A DNA stretch of 64,000 nucleotides from an uncultured Phycisphaerales bacterium (GTDB lineage: Bacteria; Planctomycetota; Phycisphaerae; Tepidisphaerales; Tepidisphaeraceae): the NCBI GenBank assembly GCA_963758525.1, contig CAVWVQ010000002.1:392350-456349 (forward strand). The letters are read 5' to 3'. The position numbers were made by a program, and so were the translations under genes. The notes below the pieces were generated by a model. The model saw only the letters and a program-made list of their open reading frames with translations. It searched no databases and had not been told where the DNA came from. Within the stretch, counting starts at the first letter, position 1; each line of letters starts with the position of its first letter. Positions 21,234 to 31,636 of the stretch are shown piece after piece.

Positions 21234-21237
21234 GACT

Positions 21238-22029
21238 TTACTTTTTGGCCGGCAGCGCCCGCGTCGCCCCGCCGGAAATACCCCCGTCGATGAGCAGGGT
21301 CTGGGCGGTCATATATTCACTTGCGTCGGAAGCAAGGAACACCACCGCGCCATCCAGGTCGGCTGGCTTTCCCGGGCGCTTCAGCGGGATGCGATCGCAC
21401 AAGTAATCTACCCATTCGCGATTCTCGTACATCACCGCGTTTTGCGCCGTCTTGAACCAGCCAGGAGCAAGGCAGTTGACGGTGATACCATGGACTCCCC
21501 AATCGTCGGCAAGGCTCATCGTGAGCTGTTTCACGCCGCCCCGACTCGCGCCGTAGGGCGCGAGCCCGGCATACCCCGCGACGCAAGTCACCGAACCGAT
21601 GTTGATGATCCGTCCGTATTTTCGGGCGATCATGTGGCGGGCCACGGCTTGCGAAACGAAGAACGTCCCGCGCAGGTTGGTGTCCAGAATCAGATTCCAG
21701 TCATCCCAGGAGACGTCCATCGCCGGCTTGCGCACGTTGCAGCCGGCGTTATTTACGAGGATGTCGATCTTTCCGTAATGCGCGGCGGCGGCGTCGGCCA
21801 TGGTCTGGATGCTATCGAGATGGCGCACGTCCAGCGCCAGCGGCAGAACGCGCCTGCCGAGCGCCTCGATCTCGCGCTGGAACGTTTTGAGACTGGCCGG
21901 CTCACGGCTGGTGATGACCAGATCCGCGCCGGCGCGGGCCAGCGCTGTGGCAAAGTACTGCCCGAGGCCGCGGCTGGTGCCGGTAACGATTGCAACCTTG
22001 CCGGCGAGGTTGAAAAGATTGTCGGTCAT
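21238..22029 (-). CDS. SDR oxidoreductase (gluconate 5-dehydrogenase-like)
   Basis: TGTSRGLG, NNAG, YGASRGG (YxxxK varied to R). Confidence 0.9.
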   Translation of the reverse strand: MTDNLFNLAGKVAIVTGTSRGLGQYFATALARAGADLVITSREPASLKTFQREIEALGRRVLPLALDVRHLDSIQTMADAAAAHYGKIDILVNNAGCNVRKPAMDVSWDDWNLILDTNLRGTFFVSQAVARHMIARKYGRIINIGSVTCVAGYAGLAPYGASRGGVKQLTMSLADDWGVHGITVNCLAPGWFKTAQNAVMYENREWVDYLCDRIPLKRPGKPADLDGAVVFLASDASEYMTAQTLLIDGGISGGATRALPAKK

Positions 22030-23030
22030 GGAGCGAGAATGACCTTTAGAAGACCGGCCTCTTTGTTGTGGAGCCGATCAAACCAGGCCGCTCCATCCGC
22101 GAGCGGCGCGACACTGCTGATCAACGGCTTCACGTCGACCGCGCCGCTCGCCATCAAATCGAGGCATTGCGGATATTCGCCTGCTGAAGCGCAAGACCCG
22201 TAGATCGTCAGCTCGCGCGTGACGGCAAGCTGCAGCGGCCATTCGATCTTCGGCGAGACATTGCCGATCAGCGTGATCGATCCGCCCTTGCGAACGGACC
22301 GCATCGCCAAATCCACGGTTGCGGTCAGTCCGACCGCTTCGAACGCGTGATCCGCGGCAAACTCGCCGCGGCACTCGCGGGTGTTGGCCGTCTCCGTTGC
22401 TCCAAGCCGCGCCGCCATCTGAAGCTTCTCCTCGGCCAGATCAACGGCGACAATCCGGCTGCAACCGATAGCATGAAGTACTTGTATTTGCAGCAAGCCG
22501 ATCATTCCGGCGCCGACGACCACCGCGGTGTCCCCGCGCTCGACCCCGGAGCGGCGCGCCGCGTGCACCGCAATGGAAAGCGGCTCAACGAACGCCGCCT
22601 GCTCGAACGGCAGCCGATCCGGCAACCGATGGAGAATCCTCTGCGGAATGGCAACATACTCCGCGAAGGCCCCGTGTTGACGATATTCTTCGCAGGAGAC
22701 GCCGAGCACGCGCCGGTTGTCACACAAATTGATGCGACCTTCCCGGCAGTAGTCGCACCGGCCGCAATAGATCGTTGAATCAAACGTAACGCGGTCGCCG
22801 GGCTTCCATGCCGTCACCGCGGCTCCGACTTGAGCGATCGTTCCCGCCGCCTCGTGGCCCATGATGATGGGCGGCCGGCGCCGGCCGGTGCTCCCGTCCA
22901 TCCCATGCACGTCGCTTCCGCAAATACCGCAAGCCCTCACCGCCACCAGCACGTCTTGCGTCCCAGGCTCCGGCGAGGGGGCGTCGTCGAAAACGAACGT
23001 GCTGCGGTCGGTGAGGATCAGCGCCTTCAT
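22026..23030 (-). CDS. Zn-dependent polyol dehydrogenase (MDR family)
   Basis: GICGSD, GHE, CGRCDYC..C, GAGMIG; ATGA overlap with SDR. Confidence 0.92.
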   Translation of the reverse strand: MKALILTDRSTFVFDDAPSPEPGTQDVLVAVRACGICGSDVHGMDGSTGRRRPPIIMGHEAAGTIAQVGAAVTAWKPGDRVTFDSTIYCGRCDYCREGRINLCDNRRVLGVSCEEYRQHGAFAEYVAIPQRILHRLPDRLPFEQAAFVEPLSIAVHAARRSGVERGDTAVVVGAGMIGLLQIQVLHAIGCSRIVAVDLAEEKLQMAARLGATETANTRECRGEFAADHAFEAVGLTATVDLAMRSVRKGGSITLIGNVSPKIEWPLQLAVTRELTIYGSCASAGEYPQCLDLMASGAVDVKPLISSVAPLADGAAWFDRLHNKEAGLLKVILAP

Positions 23031-23056
23031 GGCTGGTGCAGCTCACGATAACAGCT

Positions 23057-23416
23057 TCAGACAGCCAACGCCGCGTCGGCGGCAGCCGCGGCATCATCGG
23101 CGTAGAGCTCGCCTTCATGACCGCTTGCAATGCCGAAGATCCCAAAGCGATATCCAGGCTTGCCGTCGTCACGAAGCACCACGTGAATTTCCGCAACCGC
23201 GGTCTTTTCTCGCTGCACCGTTACCACCACGTACGCGGGGTCAGGCGCTTCCAGTTCCACGGCATATCGCGGGTTCAGGCGCAGGATTCTCTTTGCCGCG
23301 TCCTTCAACATTGCGATCTCAATCCCCGGATCGAAGTCGGGATGGGCAGGCCCCGCCGGGGCTTCCCAAGTATCTGGATTTCGCGCGTCCATCAGCTTTT
23401 CCAAGTGTGCTCCCAT
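23057..23416 (-). CDS. Hypothetical protein
   Basis: ORF fills the gap in a co-directional operon; start may be 23464. Confidence 0.55.
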   Translation of the reverse strand: MGAHLEKLMDARNPDTWEAPAGPAHPDFDPGIEIAMLKDAAKRILRLNPRYAVELEAPDPAYVVVTVQREKTAVAEIHVVLRDDGKPGYRFGIFGIASGHEGELYADDAAAAADAALAV

Positions 23417-23456
23417 ACTGTTCAAAACGAACAAGCCGCATAGCTTACTCGATAAT

Positions 23457-24023
23457 TCAGCCAACCGCAGTCAGAATTCCGTTCCGACGCGCGGCATAGC
23501 GCGTGTCGTCGAGCACTGCTTCTGATCCATCACAGGGAATCACCCGCTCCAACGGCACCCAGCTTTTGCACCCGGCGTAAGCGGGCGTGTTAGGCGTCAC
23601 AAAAGACTGGCTGAGCCGATAGGCGCGTACGAGCAACAGGTACAGCGGATTCCACGGGCGATAATTGAATCGCATGTCGATCAGCGGATCGGCCCAGACG
23701 TGCTCGGCATCGATCGCCCGCATCTGAGCGCGGGAGTGTAGTCGCACGATATCGGTGACTTCGCCGGCCTGGGCGATCGTGATCGTTGACGGCTCCTGCG
23801 TTTGCGGCTCGACGCCGGCCGCTGCGCCCGGCTTGAGCATCTGCGCATTTTGATGGAGGTAGGTTGGGAAGAGAAGAAACTGCGGGTGCTCGAGTTCGAA
23901 CCCCCCTGCCGCTTCCTGGATGCCGCCCTTGCGCAGGAGAATGATCTGCCGGCCCGAATCGAGGGCGTCACAGACAACGGCCCATTCCTTCAGAGCGACT
24001 TGCAATGATACGGGTAACGCCAT
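23457..24023 (-). CDS. DUF1802 family protein
   Basis: ALKEWAVVC.AL..GRQ..LLRKGGI.E, FLLFPT..HQ, YAGCKSWV. Confidence 0.88.
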   Translation of the reverse strand: MALPVSLQVALKEWAVVCDALDSGRQIILLRKGGIQEAAGGFELEHPQFLLFPTYLHQNAQMLKPGAAAGVEPQTQEPSTITIAQAGEVTDIVRLHSRAQMRAIDAEHVWADPLIDMRFNYRPWNPLYLLLVRAYRLSQSFVTPNTPAYAGCKSWVPLERVIPCDGSEAVLDDTRYAARRNGILTAVG

Positions 24024-24110
24024 TTCCCAAGCTCCAGATCCAACGCTCCGCGCCTTCGATTCTCACAACTTCTTCGCCGCGCCGAGGTTGCGTTGTTATA
24101 CTTTTAATCG

Positions 24111-24740
24111 ATGTTTGGCGATGGATCACTGAGTTTGAGGGAATTCGCGATGCGAGAGCCGCTGCCGCTGGCCACGATTCATGATGCGTTGCTGGAGTTT
24201 CTTCGAGGTCGGGATGATGCCGTCTTGTTCGGCGCCCATGCGGTCAATGCGTACGTTGAAGAGCCTCGAATGACGCAAGACGTCGATCTTCTTTCGACGC
24301 GGGCGGCAGATCTCGCCGAGGAAGTGCGGTCGTTTCTGGCGCAGCGATTCACGATCGCCGTGAGGGTGCGAGTCGTAGCGCATGGGAACGGTTTTCGCAT
24401 TTTTCAATTGCGACAGCCCAAGAATCGGCATCTGGCGGACGTTCGGCAGGTCGCGGCGCTCCCGCCCCGCCAGCGGGTAATGGACGTATCCGTACCGCTT
24501 GTTGAAGAATTGATCGCCCAAAAAATCATCAGTTACACGAACCGGCAAGAGAAGCCCAAGGGCGATACGGATCGGCGCGATCTCAAGGTGCTGCTGCTCG
24601 CCTACCCGATGCTCAAGACCGAAGCCGGCCCGGTCGCGGACCGGCTTCGCGAAGACAACGCGGATCGCCGCGCGTTCGAAGAATGGCGCCGGTTGGTCGT
24701 GTCCAGGATTGTTCCCGAGGATGATCAGGACGGATATTGA
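24111..24740 (+). CDS. Nucleotidyltransferase, AbiEii-like toxin family (no adjacent partner)
   Basis: FGAHAVNAY..PRMTQDVD, LIAQK, K..TD..DL; TATACT 8 nt before ATG. Confidence 0.75.
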   Translation: MFGDGSLSLREFAMREPLPLATIHDALLEFLRGRDDAVLFGAHAVNAYVEEPRMTQDVDLLSTRAADLAEEVRSFLAQRFTIAVRVRVVAHGNGFRIFQLRQPKNRHLADVRQVAALPPRQRVMDVSVPLVEELIAQKIISYTNRQEKPKGDTDRRDLKVLLLAYPMLKTEAGPVADRLREDNADRRAFEEWRRLVVSRIVPEDDQDGY

Positions 24741-24743
24741 GTG

Positions 24744-25751
24744 CTACTGCGGATTCGCAGGCGGGTGCAGCGTCGTCCAAAGCCGCTCGAGCAGCGGATC
24801 GAGCCCGGCATGGCTCGCGCCGGAGATGGGGAATATCTCCCGGCCGGGAAGCGCCTTGCGCAGCTTGGCCAATGCCGCGCCGTCGTCGGTGGCCAGGTCC
24901 ATTTTGTTGGCGGCGATGAGTTCGGTTTTTTCCGTGAGCACCGTGCTGAATGACTCGATCTCCTTGCGAACGGTGCGATAGTTCGCGGCGGGATCGGAGC
25001 CATCGGCGGGAAACATGTCGAGCATGTGAACGATTACTTTGGTGCGCTCGATGTGCTTGAGGAACGCGTGACCGAGGCCGGTGCCATGCCGCGCGCCTTC
25101 GATGAGGCCGGGAATATCCGCGACGACCAATCGGCGATCGCCGATCAGCTCGGCGATGCCAAGCTGCGGATCGAGCGTGGTAAACGGATAATCGGCGACC
25201 TTTGGCCGGGCCTTGGAAATGGCGCGAAGCAGCGTGCTCTTCCCGGCGTTTGGCATGCCGACAAGACCGACATCGGCAATGAGTTTCAATTCGAGTCGCA
25301 GCCGGCGTTCCTGCCCGTCGGTGCCTGGCTCGGCGAAGCGAGGGGCCTGATTCACCGAAGTCTTGAAGTGCCAGTTGCCCCGCCCGCCCTTCCCGCCCCG
25401 GGCCACGACGATTTTTTTCCCCAGCGTCGTGAGGTCCGCGATGAGAATGTCCTGATCCGCGTCATATACCAGCGTGCCGGCAGGAACCGGAATCACCAGA
25501 TCCTCGCCCCCAACGCCGGCCATTTTCTTGCCCATGCCCGCCTCGCCGCGCGGGGCGTTCCAGTGATGCCTGCCGGAAAAGTCGAGGAGCGTGTCTTTGC
25601 TGGAATCGGCGACCATGATCACGCTGCCGCCGTCGCCCCCGTCGCCACCCTCGGGACCGCCTTTGGGGACGAACTTTTCGCGCCGGAAGGAGACGCACCC
25701 GGCCCCGCCGTCGCCCGCTTTAACCTGAATGACGGCTTCGTCGACGAACAT
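24744..25751 (-). CDS. obgE: GTPase ObgE/CgtA
   Basis: MFVDEA, Gly-rich Obg domain, [22 protein letters not shown]. Confidence 0.97.
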   Translation of the reverse strand: MFVDEAVIQVKAGDGGAGCVSFRREKFVPKGGPEGGDGGDGGSVIMVADSSKDTLLDFSGRHHWNAPRGEAGMGKKMAGVGGEDLVIPVPAGTLVYDADQDILIADLTTLGKKIVVARGGKGGRGNWHFKTSVNQAPRFAEPGTDGQERRLRLELKLIADVGLVGMPNAGKSTLLRAISKARPKVADYPFTTLDPQLGIAELIGDRRLVVADIPGLIEGARHGTGLGHAFLKHIERTKVIVHMLDMFPADGSDPAANYRTVRKEIESFSTVLTEKTELIAANKMDLATDDGAALAKLRKALPGREIFPISGASHAGLDPLLERLWTTLHPPANPQ

Positions 25752-25760
25752 TGTGGAGGA

Positions 25761-25925
25761 AGGCACGAAGGGACAGAGGCACTAAGGCACGAAGGGAAGG
25801 AAGGGGCGGAGGCTAAAGGGAGGAGCGACGGGACGAACGAATCAACAGCTTCCTGTCGCCTGCGTCCTCCCCTTCGTGCCGCAGCTTAGTCGCCGTGGCG
25901 ACTGCCTCTGTGCCTTCGTGCCTTC
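25761..25925. repeat. Inverted pair of octamer arrays (AGGCACGA)n between rpmA and obgE
   Basis: 25761-25796 forward; 25870-25925 reverse-complement units (TCGTGCCT). Confidence 0.75.
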
Positions 25926-25928
25926 TTC

Positions 25929-26168
25929 TTACGCTGTCCGCACATGAATCTTTCGGCCCTGGAACTCGACCTTTCCGTCCTTGAGCGCGAAAAGCGTGTA
26001 ATCGCCGCCCTCCCCGACATTGAATCCGGCGTGAAACTTGTTGCCGCATTGGCGGACGATGATGGAGCCGGCGGTGACCGCCTGCCCACCGTAGGCTTTC
26101 ACGCCACGATATTGCGGGTTGCTGTCCCGACCGTTCTTCGTGCTTCCTTGACCCTTCTTATGTGCCAT
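25929..26168 (-). CDS. rpmA: 50S ribosomal protein L27
   Basis: [30 protein letters not shown]. Confidence 0.98.
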   Translation of the reverse strand: MAHKKGQGSTKNGRDSNPQYRGVKAYGGQAVTAGSIIVRQCGNKFHAGFNVGEGGDYTLFALKDGKVEFQGRKIHVRTA

Positions 26169-26281
26169 ACGTCACCGCCTCAATCATCAATGCAGATCCG
26201 CCGTGCCAGAAAATCAACCCGCCACAGTCGGCGGGGCGTGGAAAGTTACCGCGCTTGCCCTCAAATGACAAGGACGCTCGC

Positions 26282-26503
26282 GGAAAACCCGAATGACGAA
26301 ACCAGAAACCAGAATCAAGTCCGAATGACTGAATGACTAAATGACGTGCCGTTCGTACCTTTGTGTCACGTGCTGATTCGACGCATATTAGAGCGAGCTA
26401 GGTCTTGGCGAATGTCGGGGGTTGGTGTTCGAACTTCGCTTGTTTATTCGTCGTTCTGGTTTCGGGCTTGATTCGTCATTCTGGTTTCGGAATTCGGGTT
26501 TCC
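26282..26503. repeat. Inverted pair of GAATGAC/GAAACCA heptamer arrays
   Basis: 26282-26345 (CCCGAATGACGAAACCAGAAACCAGAATCAAGTCCGAATGAC...) mirrored by ~26440-26503. Confidence 0.75.
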
Positions 26504-26514
26504 GCCCCCGCGGC

Positions 26515-27159
26515 CTATCGCATCACCCATCGCTCGTCCTTGGCATGCACCTCATCCTTGTCCGGGTAGAGTTCGTCGCCATAGATGGAAAAATCCATCT
26601 CCAAGGTTTTGTGAAGAAACATCGGGTTGCCGTCGGCATCAAGCTGCGGCTTTCCGTCGGCGTCCTTCAACTCGACGGCCTCGCCACTGAGACCTTCGAC
26701 GAAGATCTGGAAATTTCCCATCCGCGATGCCGGCTCCTGCCAGATCGCTACGCCATCTTTCGACTGGTCCTCTCCGATTCGAATCGGTCCGGAGATTCCC
26801 GGCATCCGCTCCAGCAGATTGTTCCCTTCGGCAGACTTTATTTTCTCGAAGACTTTGTCGGGAATGGCAAAGTCGCTGCCGATCACCTTCCCGTCGCTGG
26901 TCACCATTTCAAAAGTCGGCAGAAACTGTTGCTCGGTGTCGGTGAGATTGGCGACGTTATAGGTGATGTACCAGTACGCGACGGCCCCTTTATCGGGGAG
27001 ATTGACGACAACGCGCTTGGGGATTGAGTGGTGAAACTTCAGTTCCCAGGAGATCGGATACTTGCTGGGCTCGGGGAACGTTCCGCCCTGAACCGCCGCC
27101 CCGCCAAAGGCCAGGACGCACGCGATCAGGAGCCGATAGCCAGGGAAAATTGCTCGCAT
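26515..27159 (-). CDS. Hypothetical secreted protein
   Basis: Signal peptide, plausible globular sequence and codon usage. Confidence 0.75.
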   Translation of the reverse strand: MRAIFPGYRLLIACVLAFGGAAVQGGTFPEPSKYPISWELKFHHSIPKRVVVNLPDKGAVAYWYITYNVANLTDTEQQFLPTFEMVTSDGKVIGSDFAIPDKVFEKIKSAEGNNLLERMPGISGPIRIGEDQSKDGVAIWQEPASRMGNFQIFVEGLSGEAVELKDADGKPQLDADGNPMFLHKTLEMDFSIYGDELYPDKDEVHAKDERWVMR

Positions 27160-27256
27160 AGAAACCTGCCAGTGGTGTGAAACCCGTTGGAGCGATACAG
27201 CGATGGCGGCAACAGCGACTTTCCCCCTCGTGTCGGATGGGCTAATGTTATAGATC

Positions 27257-28233
27257 GTGGGCGAAGTGTCAAATTTTCTCGCGAAATCACACCAATCCCC
27301 GGCGGCGCGCCAATTCGACTGCCATCTCGCGTCCGACGCTCAGCGACACGAAGGGTTGCGGCTGCTGCTATCGGCCGGCGGACGGCTGGCGGACGACGGG
27401 CAGATCGAGCAGTTCGTGCGCTTCGCGCGGCAGCGAAAAATCAACCTCGCGAATCTCTGGATCGCCTGCGAAGGCCAGCGCCTCGTCTGGGCATTGCTGC
27501 CGATCATCAACCCCGGGAAAACGGCGCTGCTCTTCACGCCCGCCGACCGGTTTGACGCCGCCGCGGCCGACCCGCTTTTGGAAGCAGCCGCCCAATGGGG
27601 AGCGAACCACGGCGTGCATCTGTACCAGCTCCTGCTGGACCCCGCCCTGGCAAGCGCCGGGAGGTGTTCGAGCGCCGGCAATTTCAAGTGGTCGCCGAGT
27701 TGCATTACCTGCAATCGCCCGTGCGGGCGCGGGAGATCATGCCGCAACTGGGCCTCGGTATGGCATGGGAACTGTATTCGAACGAGTCGCATGCCCGGTT
27801 TGCAGCCACAATATCCGCCAGCTACCGCCAGAGCCTGGATTGTCCGACGCTGGCCGGCATGCGCAGCATCGACGACGTCATTGCCGGCCACAAAGCCAGC
27901 GGCGAGTTCGATCCGCGCTACTGGTTCTTGCTGCGGCTCCACGCACAACCCGCCGCGGTGCTGCTGCTCAATCGCGTCGCGGGGGCCGACGCCGCGGAAC
28001 TGACATATCTCGGCGTCGCGCCCGAGGCGCGCCGCTGCGGGCTTGGGAATCTGCTGGTGCGCCAAGCACTCGCGGCGGCGTCGACCATGCAAGTCAAGAG
28101 CATCACCCTCGCTGTCGACGCGGCCAACGCGCCTGCATTGCGGCTCTACTTCCGCCACGGATTCAAGCATGTGACCGGCAAATTGGCGCTCATTCGCGAC
28201 CTGCGGGGCGCGAGTTGCAGTCAAAAAGTTTGA
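27257..28233 (+). CDS. Tandem-GNAT acetyltransferase (frameshift near 27655)
   Basis: ELTYLGVAPEARRCGLG, LAVDAANAPALRLY..GF in ORF 27595-28233; N-half in ORF from 27257. Confidence 0.8.
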
Positions 28234-28241
28234 GAGGAGGG

Positions 28242-28510
28242 TTCTCCACAGGCAACGATGAGGGCATCGCAATGCTTGGGGCGGGACCCGCCATGAAACA
28301 TAGTTCGCGCATTATTGGACAGACCGCGCAGCCGCGAAAAAAAACTTTGTGCGACGGGCCGATTGTGGACGGTCCTGTAATGCAGTGGACGGCGCGTGGA
28401 TAAAAGAATTTTCGCGGGCAGATGGAGCGTTGAAGCACGGTCTTTAGGCGGCTGGGGAAAAGAAATCCGATAAAGACGCCCTTGCCAGCATTGACGGCGG
28501 TCACTATGTT
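28242..28510. promoter_or_regulatory. dnaA upstream region with DnaA-box-like sites and candidate promoter
   Basis: TTCTCCACA (28242-28250), CGTGGATAA (28395-28403), two GTGGAC-type degenerate sites; TTGCCA-N17-TATGTT (28482-28510). Confidence 0.55.
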
Positions 28511-28813
28511 CTGCACCTGTTCACGGATGATTCGGATCGGATAAAGGAAATGGGTTGGCCCGGGCAAAGGCCAAGACTATCCGATCGTCAGCACATATCG
28601 CACGGAAGCGTTTCACGGAAGACAACTCAGGCACGAGGCCTTGGGAGCATAAGGTTCTCGCCGCACCGGCAATTTTTGCCTGCGGTGGGTTTCTCCGCGC
28701 CGTTGCACGGCCGCGGGGAGGCAGGGAGTATGCACGCGTCTGCGATCGTCGCCCGTTGGGGACGGGGCGTGGCGCGGGGACAGAAGAGTCTTCGCCTTGG
28801 GAAGGAGCGCGAA

Positions 28814-30337
28814 GTGAGCTGTGTCAGCGCAAACGATCTGCAACTTGCTCGACTGGCAGATGCCATCGCACAACGTGTCGGACAACAACGATTTCATGTC
28901 TGGTTCAACAACTCCACTCGGCTGGACCTGCGTCAGGACGGCCTGGAGATAGCCGTTCCCAACGATTTCATCAGTGAGTGGATCGGCCGCAACTTCACCC
29001 GGCCCATTCAGGAAGCGACAACCGAAGTGCTCGGCTGCGCCCTGCCGCTGCGCTTCAGCGTAGTGCCGGAGCTTTTCGAAATCGGCGCTGACGCGGATAA
29101 AGCGCCGTCGCAATCGCCACGAAGCGCCAAGTCTTCCGATCCAATCGTGCCCGCGGCAATGATTCCGTCGCACGTGGCTGACGGATCGGGAGCGGCAACC
29201 AGCCGCGCGATTCCCATTCTCGGCGAGCCGGGACGCGGGCCCGCGCCGCTGGCGAGCAGCGCCGGATTCTCGTCCAAGTCCCGTCTGCGCCACAACGTTG
29301 ACAGTTTCATCGTCGGCTCCGGAAATCAGCTCGCTTACAACACCGCGCTCTACGTCGCCGAATTTCCCGGCGCCCAGTACAACCCGCTGTTCATTCACGG
29401 AAACTGCGGCCTCGGCAAAACGCACCTTCTGCAGGGACTCTGCCACAAGTTCATCGTCAATCATCCCACCAAGCGATGGATGTATCTCACCGGCGAAGAG
29501 TTCACCAACGAGTTTCTAACCGCGCTGCGAACCAATAAGCTGGATGTGTTTCGTCGCCGCGTTCGCGATCTGGATCTGCTGGTCATCGACGACGTCCATT
29601 TCCTCGGCGGGAAAAAAGCCACGCAGGAAGAGTTCCTCCATACCTTCAACGCGATTGAGGCCCTGGGCCGCCAGGTGGTGATGGCCAGTGACGACCACCC
29701 GAAACTGATCGAAGAATTCGGCGAATCGCTGGTGAATCGCTTCGTCAGCGGCATGGTCGTTCGCATCGATCCGCCCAATTACGCCACACGCTGCCAGATT
29801 CTGTCGGCTCTCGCCGGCCGCATGGGCGTCAATCTGTCGGAAGAAGTGATTGCGTGGGTTGCTCGACGGGTGACTCAAAACGTTCGCGAGCTCGAGGGAG
29901 CGATCACCCGGATCGCGGCGCAGGTCCGCCTGACGCACCGCGACGCGGACGTCGCCACCGCGCAATCGGCGCTGGGCGATCTGGATCGACAACTTGTGGC
30001 TCCCGTGCCTCCCGAAAACGTTCTTCAGTCCGTCTGCGACTACTTCGGGCTGGAGCACAAGGATCTGATGTCGGGCCGTCGTCAGCGCACGATCAGCCTG
30101 GCAAGAAGCGTCGCCATGTTCCTGGTGCGAAAGACCGCCAAGCTCAGCTTCCCCGAAATCGGAGTGCGCATGGGCAAGCGAAATCACAGCACCGTGATCA
30201 GCGCGTGTCGGCGAATCGAGCGTGCGGTGGTCCGAAACGAATCGCTGTTGTGGACCAGTTCGGTAGGCGAGCGCCAGGAAGAAGCGGCGGAATTGCTGCA
30301 GAGGTTGGAAGAGCAGAGCAGAGCCGCCAGAGCATAG
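28814..30337 (+). CDS. dnaA: Chromosomal replication initiator DnaA
   Basis: YNPLFIHGNCGLGKTHLL, LLVIDDVHFL, QEEFLHTFN, NVRELEGA, RNHSTV; AAGGAG RBS before GTG. Confidence 0.96.
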   Translation: MSCVSANDLQLARLADAIAQRVGQQRFHVWFNNSTRLDLRQDGLEIAVPNDFISEWIGRNFTRPIQEATTEVLGCALPLRFSVVPELFEIGADADKAPSQSPRSAKSSDPIVPAAMIPSHVADGSGAATSRAIPILGEPGRGPAPLASSAGFSSKSRLRHNVDSFIVGSGNQLAYNTALYVAEFPGAQYNPLFIHGNCGLGKTHLLQGLCHKFIVNHPTKRWMYLTGEEFTNEFLTALRTNKLDVFRRRVRDLDLLVIDDVHFLGGKKATQEEFLHTFNAIEALGRQVVMASDDHPKLIEEFGESLVNRFVSGMVVRIDPPNYATRCQILSALAGRMGVNLSEEVIAWVARRVTQNVRELEGAITRIAAQVRLTHRDADVATAQSALGDLDRQLVAPVPPENVLQSVCDYFGLEHKDLMSGRRQRTISLARSVAMFLVRKTAKLSFPEIGVRMGKRNHSTVISACRRIERAVVRNESLLWTSSVGERQEEAAELLQRLEEQSRAARA

Positions 30338-30413
30338 CCCCTCCTGCGTTATCGCGCACTGCGCCGGACGCGGCCGGATTGCTTCGCCCTCAGAGCCGAG
30401 TAAAATTTTGGGG

Positions 30414-30644
30414 ATGGACGAAGAAATCGCCGAGCAATTTGGGCAGCGCGATCGGATGCGAAAGAAGCTGACGGCCCGCGAGACGTATTCGGATCGCATG
30501 CAAAAGATGGCAGTTCTTCAGGAAGCCACCTTGAAGGCGCTGCAAGCGTCACCGACGGGGTGGGCTCATTTCCTGCGTCGTAACTTCAGAGCGCGCGCGA
30601 TCGACGTCGCAAATCCCGATGCCGCCCGACATCCAAATTCTTGA
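30414..30644 (+). CDS. Small hypothetical protein (antitoxin-like size and charge)
   Basis: 76-aa helical ORF with TAAAAT 7 nt before ATG. Confidence 0.5.
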   Translation: MDEEIAEQFGQRDRMRKKLTARETYSDRMQKMAVLQEATLKALQASPTGWAHFLRRNFRARAIDVANPDAARHPNS

Positions 30645-30753
30645 TAATCTTCCGCAATGAATTCGGGACAACCGCAGCGACGGTTTGCCTTTTGGGTCCC
30701 GCGCACAAATGACTTGCCCAAATAATTTCGAAGTCAGCAGAGGGCGATTCCCC

Positions 30754-30808
30754 GTAGCACGGCCGTTTCGGCTGTGATTTCGAGCCACAGCCGAGACGGC
30801 CGTACTAC
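30754..30808. repeat. REP doublet, family A
   Basis: GTAGCACGGCCGTTTCGGCTGTG ... CACAGCCGAGACGGCCGTACTAC. Confidence 0.8.
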
Positions 30809-30866
30809 GCGATTGCGTGCGGGAGCACTTAGAGCTTCTGCCGCATCCCTGATCCCGGGCTCCCTC

Positions 30867-31277
30867 CTACACCACGACCGTGACAATTACAGACCGTCGT
30901 CTCGGCCGCGTATCAAAATCGATAAGCACAACCTGTTGGAAATTTCCCGTCAGAAGTTTTCCATCGGCAAAGGGGACGTTGACGCTTGCGCCGATCAGCA
31001 TCGCCCGCAAGTGGCTGTGGCCGTTGTCGTCGTTCCATGTGGATTCGTGCTGATAGCGGGCGTCGTCGGGAATCAGGCGCTGCAGCAGCGCAGGGATGTC
31101 ATGCTTCACGAGGCCCGGTTCGTACTCAATTGTCGTTAGCCCGGCAGTGCTGCCAACCACGAAGAGCATGAGCACGCCCGATCCCCGAATGCCCTTGAGC
31201 CGCTCCAGCAGATGCGGTTCGAGATTAATGGCCTGATTGCTGCCATCGGTGTCGATGTCAAGTGTAAACCGCTGCAT
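30867..31277 (-). CDS. yjbQ: YjbQ/UPF0047 family protein
   Basis: GSTAGLTTIEYEPGL, DNGHSHLRA, G.FQQVVLIDFD. Confidence 0.9.
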   Translation of the reverse strand: MQRFTLDIDTDGSNQAINLEPHLLERLKGIRGSGVLMLFVVGSTAGLTTIEYEPGLVKHDIPALLQRLIPDDARYQHESTWNDDNGHSHLRAMLIGASVNVPFADGKLLTGNFQQVVLIDFDTRPRRRSVIVTVVV

Positions 31278-31636
31278 GGGCGGGGATTCTAGGGAACAAC
31301 CGTCGCGGGGCAACAGACCGGGCGGCGATTGCGATCGGCCGCGACGGATGTCGAACGGAACTGACAGCGACCGCCCCAACATAGCCTCAAGCGCCGTGCA
31401 GTCTGTTTTCGATGTCCCTTCCTCAACCTTCGTCCAGAAGTTCACCCGTCGTGGCCGGTGCCTTCGCGCCTCTCCCAAACAATCCCCGCCCGGTTTATTT
31501 GACCCGCCCCCAAACCGGTGATATATTTCACCGCTTGGCCTGCCAAAAATGCGTATTAGTCGCGCAATATCAGCAGGTTATGATTCTTCCGCGGGAATCG
31601 CCGCGGGGTGGGACCACACAGGCGCAAGGACGGGCC

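Noticed and set aside
28550..28813. N-terminal extensions of DnaA (and DnaG 31412-31636, YjbQ 31278-31478)
   Set aside because: Better starts with RBS or promoter signals lie downstream, where family homology begins.
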